Virus record (IMG/VR): IMGVR_UViG_3300050202_000023
DNA: 64,000 bases
Source: an uncultured virus (IMG/VR IMGVR_UViG_3300050202_000023)
Taxonomy: Duplodnaviria; Heunggongvirae; Uroviricota; Caudoviricetes
Reading direction: 5' to 3' (one strand)
Every line of letters begins with the position of its first letter. The first letter of the stretch is position 1. Shown here in pieces: positions 46,501 to 55,790 of this stretch. The notes under the pieces are model-generated. The model made no database searches. It was given only the letters and a program-made list of their open reading frames with translations, and was not told the origin of the DNA. The position numbers and the translations under genes are program-made.

Positions 46501-48838
46501 AAGCCATTTCCTGATCAAGCTGGGTTAATCTGTCTTTAGTTAATTGAGCATGACGTTTCCAACCTTCTTCTGATGTATATGGTACATCGTCCCCAAGAAT
46601 ACTTGACTGACTATTTAGAACACCAACACGTTTACCGTACTGTTTTCGTAGAAAATCATTGTGAAGTATATCTTCATAGTAGTCATTCCATAAAAATTGT
46701 TTTTGAAGTAATTCATTAGGAACAGCTTTACCGTCTTTTTCCAGTTTTTTAATTTCTTTACTATACGGGTTTGGAAAACGACCTTTAAAGATTTCATTAC
46801 TTTTTTCAAGGTCTCCAAGCTTTACTTCAAGCTCATTAACAGCCTTAAATAAATCATCTTTTTTAACAGTTGATTCTAAACCAAACCCTTCAGCAAAGGC
46901 TTTAGCATCTTTTTCAATATCACTTCTAAATGTACCAAACTGTTCCCGAAGAATATCTCCGGCACCTTGGTTCACAAATGATTGAAGAAAAGCAAATTGA
47001 CCTGTATTTTTTTGATTCTGAAACTGTAACTGATCCCCTTGCTGAGCAGCTTGAGCCATACCTGCTGAAACCTGTAATTGACCGTTAGCCTGAGCAGCTT
47101 TAGCTACTAGGTTATTGTTAAGAACAGATGTATTAATCTGGTTAATTACAGCACTTTGTAAAGCTGGTACCGACATATTCATTTGTCTGGCATAAGCTTC
47201 AAACTGAGCTTTGATAGCTGGTTTTTTTATATAGTCAGTAATTCCCTGAATACCACCACCAAATAAGCCACCAATAACCAGACCTCCGACAAACTCAGTC
47301 CATCCTTCTTCAGTACCAAAAGCTTGTCCTAACCCGTATCCTATAGCTTTACTTAAATCAGCTTTACCATTATGGTTATACTTATAATCAAAGTAAGACT
47401 GGGTACCATCAGATACGGCTTTTTGAAGTGACTCTTCGATACCTTCAGACGTAGCCAGTAGTCCTTTAGTTGATACAGCTCGACCAGCAGTAGCTACTTT
47501 AGCAAAAGCTTTTTGATACCACTTATCCATAGTACCAAATGTAATCGGGCTTGACGTGTTTTTAACCGCTTCAAATACACCCGTACCGGCTTTACGTTCT
47601 ACTCTAAATAAGTCATCAGATAAATTACTAAATAGAGACTTGGCCCCAGTAAAGTTTTTAAGAATACTGTCAACCTGAAACTTATTTGTAACAGCTAATA
47701 AACCTTGGTTTAGTAAAAATGTACTATTACCCGCTTCAGCAGCTATTTGCTTGATACGGATAGTTTCTTTTTCATCGGGGTCTTCACCATTAACCTTACG
47801 GTACTCGTCAGTTAACCGGGCAATCGTATCTTTCTCCGTATGAAATCCTTCAAGACTGGCTTCACCATTACTTAGTAGAAATCCGTGAATAAGTGACCGG
47901 GTTGATAATGAACCTAGAGGAGTATCTATGCCAGTCCAGATTTTACCAACTGTATTCAATGCTTTAATACCTTTATAAGCTTGTTCAGCTTTACGTTCCA
48001 GTTGGACAGCGTCATTAATAATATCAAGTGATTTACCGATTGTAGCCAGTGATTTAAAAGTACGGGATAACTTGGCTACCAGATCAGCCCCTACTAAAGC
48101 TAGTGAAACACCACCAGTTAACGGAGCAACTAGTGTACCTAAAGCAGTTTCAGCTAAACCTGTTACAACCCCACCAACTAGAAAACCACTGGAACGGGCT
48201 AGACTACCAAAGTCAGAACCACCTTCTCCACCATAAAAAGGGAGCATGTTTTTCCATTTATTTTCTTTGGCCCATTCTGAACTATAGTTTATAGCCCGTT
48301 CATTAACCCCGTCTTGCCACTGATTAATATCATTTAATGTAGAACCTTCTTCCCCTCTAAGATAAGTTAAAGCTCCGTCTAAACCTTCTCCTTGAAAAAG
48401 ACTGGTAACAGCTTTAAACATTTGAGGAAATACAAATGGAGCTGATAAAACAGATCCAAGAGCGTTAGCTCCAAACCCTTCTAAATCATTACTAATCTTT
48501 TCCCAAGTACCCTGATTAGCAGCAGCAACGGCTTCATTATTTCTACCTCTTAAATATGTAGCACCAGTACTTAAATACCGGTTAGCTTCAACCGTTTCTG
48601 ACGGACTTAAGTATTCGGTCTTTTGACTATTTTTAAGATAGTTAATACGGGTATTTGCCTTTGCATCAGAAGCGGCTAAATCAGCTCCCATTCTGTTTAC
48701 AAAGTCAGCAAGATCATCCTCAGTTAAAGGCTTTGGTTTAGGTACTGGACCCGGACCATTTGTACCCGGATTATTTCGTACTGTACCGGGAGCCGGTGTA
48801 TACGGATCTTCTGGTAAAATAATATCAGTTGGCTCCAT
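43565..48838 (-). CDS. large virion ejection/cargo protein (1757 aa) with Gly/Ala-rich membrane-inserting segments
   Basis: GEASLEG and SEGIEESLQ motifs; hydrophobic Gly-rich helices; lies upstream of the vRNAP gene. Confidence 0.7.
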   Translation of the reverse strand: MEPTDIILPEDPYTPAPGTVRNNPGTNGPGPVPKPKPLTEDDLADFVNRMGADLAASDAKANTRINYLKNSQKTEYLSPSETVEANRYLSTGATYLRGRNNEAVAAANQGTWEKISNDLEGFGANALGSVLSAPFVFPQMFKAVTSLFQGEGLDGALTYLRGEEGSTLNDINQWQDGVNERAINYSSEWAKENKWKNMLPFYGGEGGSDFGSLARSSGFLVGGVVTGLAETALGTLVAPLTGGVSLALVGADLVAKLSRTFKSLATIGKSLDIINDAVQLERKAEQAYKGIKALNTVGKIWTGIDTPLGSLSTRSLIHGFLLSNGEASLEGFHTEKDTIARLTDEYRKVNGEDPDEKETIRIKQIAAEAGNSTFLLNQGLLAVTNKFQVDSILKNFTGAKSLFSNLSDDLFRVERKAGTGVFEAVKNTSSPITFGTMDKWYQKAFAKVATAGRAVSTKGLLATSEGIEESLQKAVSDGTQSYFDYKYNHNGKADLSKAIGYGLGQAFGTEEGWTEFVGGLVIGGLFGGGIQGITDYIKKPAIKAQFEAYARQMNMSVPALQSAVINQINTSVLNNNLVAKAAQANGQLQVSAGMAQAAQQGDQLQFQNQKNTGQFAFLQSFVNQGAGDILREQFGTFRSDIEKDAKAFAEGFGLESTVKKDDLFKAVNELEVKLGDLEKSNEIFKGRFPNPYSKEIKKLEKDGKAVPNELLQKQFLWNDYYEDILHNDFLRKQYGKRVGVLNSQSSILGDDVPYTSEEGWKRHAQLTKDRLTQLDQEMALAKREHLSRALGENENATDGLDKLEKDVQASQQKERDQLTKRLMTIVQLQSNGFGNYEDVLKAIKEDLLTDNKISRTTTDEELKELLQASFDANSLKDSIVKLSDLFNGLTSQNAFDTWVKKSEKYLAFQKSQNDAVEIQAKSKLKAGILKLFPNLKDAEFYLGPLDQYIDQNIAQFMNDPVVTLDTLTTEITEKLTTEKAKKQAYDDTVQAVLELAEEDDETIRIRQDKLDSDGKKLKELIEKKVLDNPGVLPTDLIEEIIRDYALLYPAKPVVEKPIDPDEVEIPLETPEQVAGLSPITGDDLFGEEPPAPPTPPVPVATKPVVNPVVRPPAKKYVPIQNRVFTKISDLGDLAGKFFNTAMTVIDDFPIWFNQDELEDDIKLSDEQREKNTANRIIWEQLAEDREFITNLPANQKLSDHVDWSLLEPDEDAVKAKVSKAKPLLQDPGLHRVTTPMYLVGTRKGNPDNKPFLVITIDESLFITKLLLAELHKADVLTLDQKRKLRLLPVHDTLQTPALTDVLSLGGPTLYEFLQKQGWINTFTKYDEFMDSAMRYREIVDTIVNTFNDGQITPTTVQLLNNLSLNTLKSKPFFARNKLPISKLVTSGFQGDTKLIVRLEFEKNTGKPIITHVPGDQADTTIVTEQQYNQLFAPGSAMLAKLTAPDTWKTKTPGMYLLVQGTDAETLRGGTSTYFPFRVVNDTGISNLLGLIKENKPFQSGKEGFFIVYRDKGGLVMQGEIVGNRLGGSDSKLNLMVTTSEGSYYSDSIPINVVQQGDEAVLQKELEKVLSTFKKQNTKEPLQNPPVTIDIQQGSNNQYERLVAVTSKAVFKRIDMNWNLLPVQPITGDEIEVLAPTTLPTQLENALPEPEVAEVPHDVVTTNLNKALVTLVDLGLDSEVASLINDELTGLPIDDSNVASINPDDINEIYESGDDSIIYSVAALLEKPVVKGVPTTRQQINPNPDVSDIVKELMRQCE

Positions 48839-51456
48839 TAGTAATTTCTTTGTATAAAGCGATGGAAATCCTGAATTGTAGGTTTAAATCCAGATAATGG
48901 TTTGTTTGGGTTTTCAAGCTCATACTGTCTTTTTAGGATTGGAATAACATGAGTGTCTACCCAACTATCTAGTTGTGTCTTTGACCATTGTACTGGATTT
49001 TGACTAAAAGCATTTGGCAAAAACGGTGTATTGTTTGACAATCTTAACGGTAAACGGTGTTGTTGGTTATCATACAAGTATCCTACTTCATACTCTTGGG
49101 TATTCAAATCTTTGTACAAGGTAATTCCCAAATTAAGTTTAGACTTATTTGTATGAAACTGAAGTGATGTGTCTTTAGCCCGTTCAATTTTACCTTTAGT
49201 ATCAAGCTGTTTTTGTAGTTCCCGATAACCAGCAACGTGTTCAGCCTGTAATTGCTGATCTAAAACACCTTTCCATTCTTCAGTACCAGCAAAGTCTAAT
49301 GTGTATTCTTTAACAAGTGGATTACCCTTATCACCATCTTTTCTTTCGCCCCGAACAATTAGTTGTTGAGTATCTGGTATAATACGAACACCCGTAATTT
49401 TAGCTACATTAAGTTCAGCTAGTTCACTTCTAAGCTGAGCATTTGTAGCACCGGGTAAACTTAGAGCCTGTTGAGCTATACGTCCCTTTATAATAGCTTG
49501 TAATTGACCATCTTCTTTTAAAGCATCACCAAATACCGTATATCCTTTTCGGTATTCAGCAAGTTGATTAATTTTAGCTTTTACTGGTTCTATAGCTTTT
49601 TCATACTTACTGTTAAGTTTAGCAAGTAAACGTTGTTCTTCAGATTCTATATAACCCCCACCGTAACCTACTTGTCCTGTGAATTTATCAGGATTAGTTT
49701 TTTGTAAAGCAGCTAAACGATTACGTTCTTTTAACTCTTGTGGGGTCATACCAGAAGCTTTAACGGCTGTATCTATAATACCATTAAGCTCGTTAGCTTT
49801 AACTCCCATTAGAGCCATGTTATAACTCATCTGTCCAATAGACTCTTTAGTTTTAGAATCAAGTTGTCGGGCTACAGATTCTTCAAGAGGTTCACCATTT
49901 AATAAGCGTTGGTGATTTTTAACCATAAAAGAAACTGCTTCTGCCATTTTTGGAGCTAAAGAATTACCAGCTAATGTAGGGTGATTGATCTTAATCATTT
50001 TACCATTAGCATCAAACTCAGGTTTAAACTTACCCTTAATTAATGCTCGTACTTTGGCTGCTGTATCAAGATTACCCGCAGCCATAAAGTTAACAGCTAC
50101 ATCTTCAACCAGTTTAACCTGAGCTTCTTTAAGTGTGTTATAGCTTGCTTGGTAATCCTCTAATCCTTCAGTAGGTAATCCCATTGCTCCAATAGTAGTA
50201 GTAACTAGATTATTTGGATCAGTAGCATAACCACCATAGGCTTGCTTTTTAAGACCAGTAGTTTTAGCAACATCCATTTCTTTTAATTTAAGTTGCTGCT
50301 CAAACTCTAGCTTATTCATTTGTAAATCCCGAGTAAACTGTATATCACTTTCTTCCCGTTTAAAAGCAAGTGCAGCTTCTCTATCTTTGTGCATTAAGTC
50401 ATAATTATAGATTGGGTCAGCTTTTAATTCTCTGCTTTGAAACTGGTATTTACTTTGAAGTCCGGCTAATACATGTTCTTTATGAAGTGCCTGAATTTGT
50501 TGTTCTCTGGACAATGTACCAGCAGCTTGAATTTGTTGATCGTAGTTATCTCTAGTTTGTTTAATAAAAGCTAGCTGTTCTCTGGCTTTAGCTTTTTTAG
50601 CCTCAATCTCCTGTCTGGTACCGTGAAGCATATCAAGCATGTTAGCATCATTTTGAGCACTAGCCTGTTTATCAAATACTTCTTTGGCCCCCATTAACTG
50701 TTGAACTCTATATTGTTGAAATTCTGATGTAGTTTCAGGAGTACCCCGATACTTATACCAAGCATCAATACTTACTTGTTGAGAAATTTGAGGATCAGAC
50801 TCTAAACGATTCTGAGCTATTTTTCTAATCTCAATAGCTGATAACCCATTCTCAGTACGAATGTATTTTCCGTCTGTAGTAGTATACCCTTTAGTCTTTA
50901 TAATTTGATCCTGAACACTTTTAATTTCTTTTCCAAGAATATCATTGTAGTCGTAAAAAGGAATAGCAGCACCATTAAATTTAGCTGTTGGTGTTTTATC
51001 ATTTATATATGAACCAATACTATTTTTTAGAAACTCTTCATTTTGAATACTATACATACCCTTGTACTTTTTAGGGTCTGTTTTCCAAAGTTCAATAGTA
51101 GCCTGAGCTTTTCTAATTTTAGTAGTGTCATCAATAGCTGACTGTATACGAATATCTTTTGTTACCCGTTGACTAAGACCGCCAATAGTTTGCATAGTAG
51201 TCCTATCAGAAAAATCACTATCTCCTAATTCATTAATTGAATCAGTGAGTTGATTTAGCTTTTCTTGATAATAAGCATTATGTTCAGGATTTAAAATACG
51301 TTGTTCATCCAGTGTTTTAAGTAACTGGTCAGTTTGCTGCACACCCTGATTAAAGTTCTGCTGCTTATGCAACATACTTTTAAACAGTATATCCTGATTA
51401 ATATTTGATATATAGGGGTTGTTGGTAAGAGCTTTACTAACAAATGATACGGCCAT
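48838..51456 (-). CDS. virion cargo/ejection protein (872 aa)
   Basis: N-terminus NPYIS...KQQNFNQG; helical; TAATG coupling to the next gene. Confidence 0.65.
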   Translation of the reverse strand: MAVSFVSKALTNNPYISNINQDILFKSMLHKQQNFNQGVQQTDQLLKTLDEQRILNPEHNAYYQEKLNQLTDSINELGDSDFSDRTTMQTIGGLSQRVTKDIRIQSAIDDTTKIRKAQATIELWKTDPKKYKGMYSIQNEEFLKNSIGSYINDKTPTAKFNGAAIPFYDYNDILGKEIKSVQDQIIKTKGYTTTDGKYIRTENGLSAIEIRKIAQNRLESDPQISQQVSIDAWYKYRGTPETTSEFQQYRVQQLMGAKEVFDKQASAQNDANMLDMLHGTRQEIEAKKAKAREQLAFIKQTRDNYDQQIQAAGTLSREQQIQALHKEHVLAGLQSKYQFQSRELKADPIYNYDLMHKDREAALAFKREESDIQFTRDLQMNKLEFEQQLKLKEMDVAKTTGLKKQAYGGYATDPNNLVTTTIGAMGLPTEGLEDYQASYNTLKEAQVKLVEDVAVNFMAAGNLDTAAKVRALIKGKFKPEFDANGKMIKINHPTLAGNSLAPKMAEAVSFMVKNHQRLLNGEPLEESVARQLDSKTKESIGQMSYNMALMGVKANELNGIIDTAVKASGMTPQELKERNRLAALQKTNPDKFTGQVGYGGGYIESEEQRLLAKLNSKYEKAIEPVKAKINQLAEYRKGYTVFGDALKEDGQLQAIIKGRIAQQALSLPGATNAQLRSELAELNVAKITGVRIIPDTQQLIVRGERKDGDKGNPLVKEYTLDFAGTEEWKGVLDQQLQAEHVAGYRELQKQLDTKGKIERAKDTSLQFHTNKSKLNLGITLYKDLNTQEYEVGYLYDNQQHRLPLRLSNNTPFLPNAFSQNPVQWSKTQLDSWVDTHVIPILKRQYELENPNKPLSGFKPTIQDFHRFIQRNY

Positions 51457-51485
51457 AACTAAAGCATAAATAATAACTTACTAAT

Positions 51486-51520
51486 AAAAAAAGCTGGTAT
51501 ATCGGTAAAGATACACCAGC
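51486..51520 (-). terminator. intrinsic terminator on the minus strand
   Basis: minus strand reads GCTGGTGTATC-tttacc-GATATACCAGC followed by T7. Confidence 0.7.
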
Positions 51521-51561
51521 AAGTACGGGGTATTAATTTTCTTTTTGGTATATAAAGAAAT

Positions 51562-54081
51562 TTACTGATCGAGTGCCCATTTGTTTGAGTTTCTACTTCG
51601 TCCCATATAAGAACGATATGGGGGTGTAGCTAATGCTGGTCGAGCTGTCGTTGTTTGTGTAGTACCAACCAGCTCATTATTAGGTCCGTATTTCTGTTGA
51701 GTCTTTACTTGATTTGTTGGATCAGGCATTGGTTGTCCACCCCGTATATATCGTACAACTTTAGTTGGGTCATTTGTAATAAACCCGTTTTCATCAACTC
51801 CCATATTTGGTGTAAATGCAGATTGAAACGCATCATAATTAGCTTGTTCCTGATCAGTCTGTAGACTTTTAGCAGAAATACTTCGTAATGCTGAACCAAT
51901 CTGTTCACGTTGAGCATCACGAGCTTGTAAATCACGTACATAGAATTGATCATTTAATCCAATATTTACTTGATCCGCCTGACGTTGCTGAGCATTATTA
52001 TACTGAGATTCTTGATTTGCAATCTGAGTATTCTGTCCATCATACTGCCCATTTAATGTATTTAAAGCATTCATAAAGTTGGTATACTGTTGAACCTGAA
52101 CACCACGTCCAACCTGACTATGTGGATCTTGAATACCGGCTAAAGCTCCATTATAAGCCCCGGTTAAATTAGCTCTGGCCTGAGTAGAGTTCATCCGTTC
52201 AAGTTCAAGATTATCTGTTTCCAGTTGTTGCAAGTAACCGGGTTCTCTACGTTGAGCATCAATCAAGTTATAAATTTCTCCTGAAATTTGTCCGGGTTTT
52301 AATTTAAACAGATTTTTATTTAATGTAGATACTTTACTTGGTCTCGTTGAACTTGGAGCTGTATTAACACTTTCAGGTGTAGTACCCCACAAATCACTTT
52401 GTTCTAAAGCAACATCACTAATAGGTCTTGGTGCTTGGTTAGGCATTAATACTTCGGCATCAGACCCTTCTGTTGGAAACAGACTACCAGTAGATATAGT
52501 CTTATAAGGTGCTGACTTCTTAGCTTTATCAACAGACGTAGTTTGTTTACCATCTTTAGCTTTAAACCGAAACTTACCGGGTACAGATATGCCGCCAGAA
52601 TTAACGGGTTTAGACGGGGCTGCTAGTTTATGAAATGAGTTAGGGGTTTTACCCTTTACCCATTCATTATCCTGATCATCATAGAACTTACCATTTGCTG
52701 CTTCATTAATTCCATACTGTTTTCCAGAAGGGCCTTTGACTAAGTAACTGTACTTTTTATCTGGTATTTGTGAATGAGTAGTATAAGAATCATCAACTCT
52801 TGGCTCAGAACTATTTATTATTCTAGAAGGCTTTCTATTTGCACGAACTTCGTCTACCGTATTAGCCCATTCTTCATCAGGATAATATCCAGAAGGATTT
52901 AGACCCTGATCATAGTGCTGTTCTTGTCTTTTCTTGGCATCCAGTACATCTCCTAGTACACTTGAGTAGGCAGCTACAGGTCCAGCCATTCGACCTAAAG
53001 ACCCAGAAATACCACGTAGTCTATCTAAGATAGAAGGTGCCCGTACAGGTGCAGATGTACTTGGAACTCTAACTAAAGCTGTATTATTTGTTATATCTAC
53101 TTTTTGAGGGTCTGGACCGTTTCTGGTTTGAGGTAAATACTGACCATAGTTTCCTTCATAGACTCCTGTATTAGGATTTCTACCAAGATCCCCTGACCGG
53201 TCTACAGGACTTTCGGGATAAACTAATCTAAATCTAGGGCCTTCCCCCGGAGGTATTACTACATTTTGTCCGCTTTGAGTTCTTGGACCAGTATAAGGAG
53301 CCAGTTCATTTTGTCTCATGGGCAGATTCTGTGACCCCTGAACCCATTGACCTTTATGATTTTTATACCAGTTATTACCAGAATAGTTTTCTGGATATAC
53401 AGCCGTTTCTCGAACCCTTGAACCTGTATTATTACCTGAAGCTGAATTCTCTACATTATACCGGTTTAATCTTGCCGAGTTTTCCTGTCTTTGAATATCA
53501 GCACTTTCCCGTTGTAGTCTGGCAGCTTCCTGAGCTTTTTTAGTTGTAAATACTCTACTCCTAGGATTATCAGAATAAGGATCTTGACCTGATTCTATAA
53601 TTCGTTTAGAAGCCTGTCTATTTATTTGATCATCTTTTAAAGCTCTTTTTTTCTCATAAGCTTTCTTAGCTGCTCCACGTAGTCTCTTACCTTGTTGAGC
53701 AATAGGTAATTCCATTACATACTTACTATTTGGTAAATAATAATCTTCTCCCGGTTTTGCATAGACTACTTCTCCACCATCTCCATATAACATAAGAGGT
53801 TCATCTACATCTTCCATCGTTATGAAATTACTAGGTATGTAATTTATCGGGTTATACCGATCAGGGGAATCATTTTTATATCCAGTGGTACTCCAGTTAA
53901 TACCGCCAGATTTCATTTGTTGAGACTCACTACCAGACATTTTAGGCTGAGCCTGTGCTAGAAATGCTTGCTGTTCTTCAAGACTAGATTCAGAAAACTC
54001 CTGAATAAACTGCATAGTCTGTTCTTCAGACATTCCTTTAGCCTGAGCAAACTGTATTAAAAATTGTTGAATGTCTTCCAT
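51562..54081 (-). CDS. virion cargo protein (839 aa), low-complexity and modular
   Basis: GYKNDSPD...IPSNFITM...KPGEDY...VMELP module; Gln/Asn-rich C-terminus. Confidence 0.65.
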   Translation of the reverse strand: MEDIQQFLIQFAQAKGMSEEQTMQFIQEFSESSLEEQQAFLAQAQPKMSGSESQQMKSGGINWSTTGYKNDSPDRYNPINYIPSNFITMEDVDEPLMLYGDGGEVVYAKPGEDYYLPNSKYVMELPIAQQGKRLRGAAKKAYEKKRALKDDQINRQASKRIIESGQDPYSDNPRSRVFTTKKAQEAARLQRESADIQRQENSARLNRYNVENSASGNNTGSRVRETAVYPENYSGNNWYKNHKGQWVQGSQNLPMRQNELAPYTGPRTQSGQNVVIPPGEGPRFRLVYPESPVDRSGDLGRNPNTGVYEGNYGQYLPQTRNGPDPQKVDITNNTALVRVPSTSAPVRAPSILDRLRGISGSLGRMAGPVAAYSSVLGDVLDAKKRQEQHYDQGLNPSGYYPDEEWANTVDEVRANRKPSRIINSSEPRVDDSYTTHSQIPDKKYSYLVKGPSGKQYGINEAANGKFYDDQDNEWVKGKTPNSFHKLAAPSKPVNSGGISVPGKFRFKAKDGKQTTSVDKAKKSAPYKTISTGSLFPTEGSDAEVLMPNQAPRPISDVALEQSDLWGTTPESVNTAPSSTRPSKVSTLNKNLFKLKPGQISGEIYNLIDAQRREPGYLQQLETDNLELERMNSTQARANLTGAYNGALAGIQDPHSQVGRGVQVQQYTNFMNALNTLNGQYDGQNTQIANQESQYNNAQQRQADQVNIGLNDQFYVRDLQARDAQREQIGSALRSISAKSLQTDQEQANYDAFQSAFTPNMGVDENGFITNDPTKVVRYIRGGQPMPDPTNQVKTQQKYGPNNELVGTTQTTTARPALATPPYRSYMGRSRNSNKWALDQ

Positions 54082-55790
54082 TATAAATACTTATCTAGTT
54101 TACTGGTAGATCCCCCTGATTGAAATGTATTAGTCCGTTGATCCTTTTTAATTTTAAGACCTAATTTAACCATATCCATTTTAGATATATTGGACGGGGT
54201 TTTCATAGTTAGAAGTTGCATAGGGTTTCTTATACCTGAAAGATTGTGTACAAATTCTACAGCTTCATCGGGATTAGTGTCTAGTAGCTGTCGTTGATAT
54301 ATCTGGTAATCCTTATCAAATACTGGAAACTTTCTAGAATATTCATCTCCATTAAAATCTTCAGGATAAACATCACCATATTGTTCTCTATATCTTTCTA
54401 AACTCTTTAAAGTTTTAGTATCAGAGGGATATTTTTTTCTATACTTATCTTCTACTATTTTATATTTAGTACTTAGTTCAGGACTAAAAAACTGCTTTTG
54501 TCTGGCTAATTGTTCAGATTTATTATATCCACCTTGTTGCTTAGAATTAATCTTTCTTTCCTGAGCTAACATTTCTTTAGTTGGAGCTTTACCAGAACCT
54601 TTTTTAGCTCTAATATTATTCCATAAAGAATTCTTAACTCCAAGTTTATTCAAACCACCATGTTGCATATTTTGATCAGGTAGTTCTTCAAAGTCTGGAA
54701 TAGCTTGTTTAGCTTGTTCCTGTTGCTCAAATAAAATGTCATACAAGTCACTGTCATTTGGCAGTTGACTTTGTTGAAGTGTATTTATTTCTTGAGACTT
54801 AGCAAAAGGTTTACCAATACTCTTTTTGTGAGCAGGATCAATTGTATACTTTTTAGCCTGTTTATCTCTGGCTGTCTGTAGTACTTTAAAGAGTTTGGTT
54901 GGTGATACAGATTGTGCAACATTAATAGTTAAACCAAGTTGCTCGGCAAGCATTTTGGCTTCACTAGGACGAATCTTAATTATGTCATCTTTAACATTAT
55001 TAGCCCGTTCGCCAGAGTTAATCTGAGTCTGACTATCCGATAATACAGATTCAAGGTTTGATGCTATAACTCCACCCTTTCCCGGTGTAGCTTTTTGCAT
55101 ACCGGTTTCATGGACTAAATACGGGTCATCATGAGAAGGTGCTTTTGAGTCTACAGATATGATATTACCATCCATATCTTTTCCAAGTTCACCCTTTTCA
55201 ATAATAACTTGATTACCCATACCTCCTTGTTGTCTATAATTAACAGCACCATTAATATCAGATCCTGTATTAACTCCGTTGACTATTCGTGAGCCAGAGT
55301 TCACGTTATACTTTTTAGTAGTGTTACTAATATTATCTAATAAATTACCAGTAAATTGAGATACTTGTTTACTGGCAGGTGTTATATCGTCAAGAACATC
55401 TAAGTACTTTAATAAAGGATTTGCAAGTTTTTCAACATGTTCAATTTTACTAAACCCTTTTAGTAGTTTAATCCCTTTACCAACTTTACCAATAATAGGT
55501 AGAGCCCCGGCTAGTTCTAACGTTGTACCGGCACTTGCTCCTGATTTATCATATTCTCGTTTAACGTCATCATAGCTACTAATTCCTATTGGATCAAATA
55601 TTTCTAACACATTTGTTAAAGCAGAATCTTCGTCAAGAAACTTAGAATTAGGATTTGGTAAAACCTTGTTATCAATTAAATTTTGACGAACAGAAGTTTT
55701 ATCTCTTTTAACACTGCTAGAAGGTTTTAACGGTTTTAATAAACCACCCTGCTGCTTTACCTTATACTTACTCTTCATTATATAGGTCAT
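54081..55790 (-). CDS. virion cargo protein (569 aa) with repeated QxGG motifs
   Basis: IEKGE...APSH...GGV...VLSD module; five QQGG/QHGG/QSGG motifs. Confidence 0.65.
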   Translation of the reverse strand: MTYIMKSKYKVKQQGGLLKPLKPSSSVKRDKTSVRQNLIDNKVLPNPNSKFLDEDSALTNVLEIFDPIGISSYDDVKREYDKSGASAGTTLELAGALPIIGKVGKGIKLLKGFSKIEHVEKLANPLLKYLDVLDDITPASKQVSQFTGNLLDNISNTTKKYNVNSGSRIVNGVNTGSDINGAVNYRQQGGMGNQVIIEKGELGKDMDGNIISVDSKAPSHDDPYLVHETGMQKATPGKGGVIASNLESVLSDSQTQINSGERANNVKDDIIKIRPSEAKMLAEQLGLTINVAQSVSPTKLFKVLQTARDKQAKKYTIDPAHKKSIGKPFAKSQEINTLQQSQLPNDSDLYDILFEQQEQAKQAIPDFEELPDQNMQHGGLNKLGVKNSLWNNIRAKKGSGKAPTKEMLAQERKINSKQQGGYNKSEQLARQKQFFSPELSTKYKIVEDKYRKKYPSDTKTLKSLERYREQYGDVYPEDFNGDEYSRKFPVFDKDYQIYQRQLLDTNPDEAVEFVHNLSGIRNPMQLLTMKTPSNISKMDMVKLGLKIKKDQRTNTFQSGGSTSKLDKYL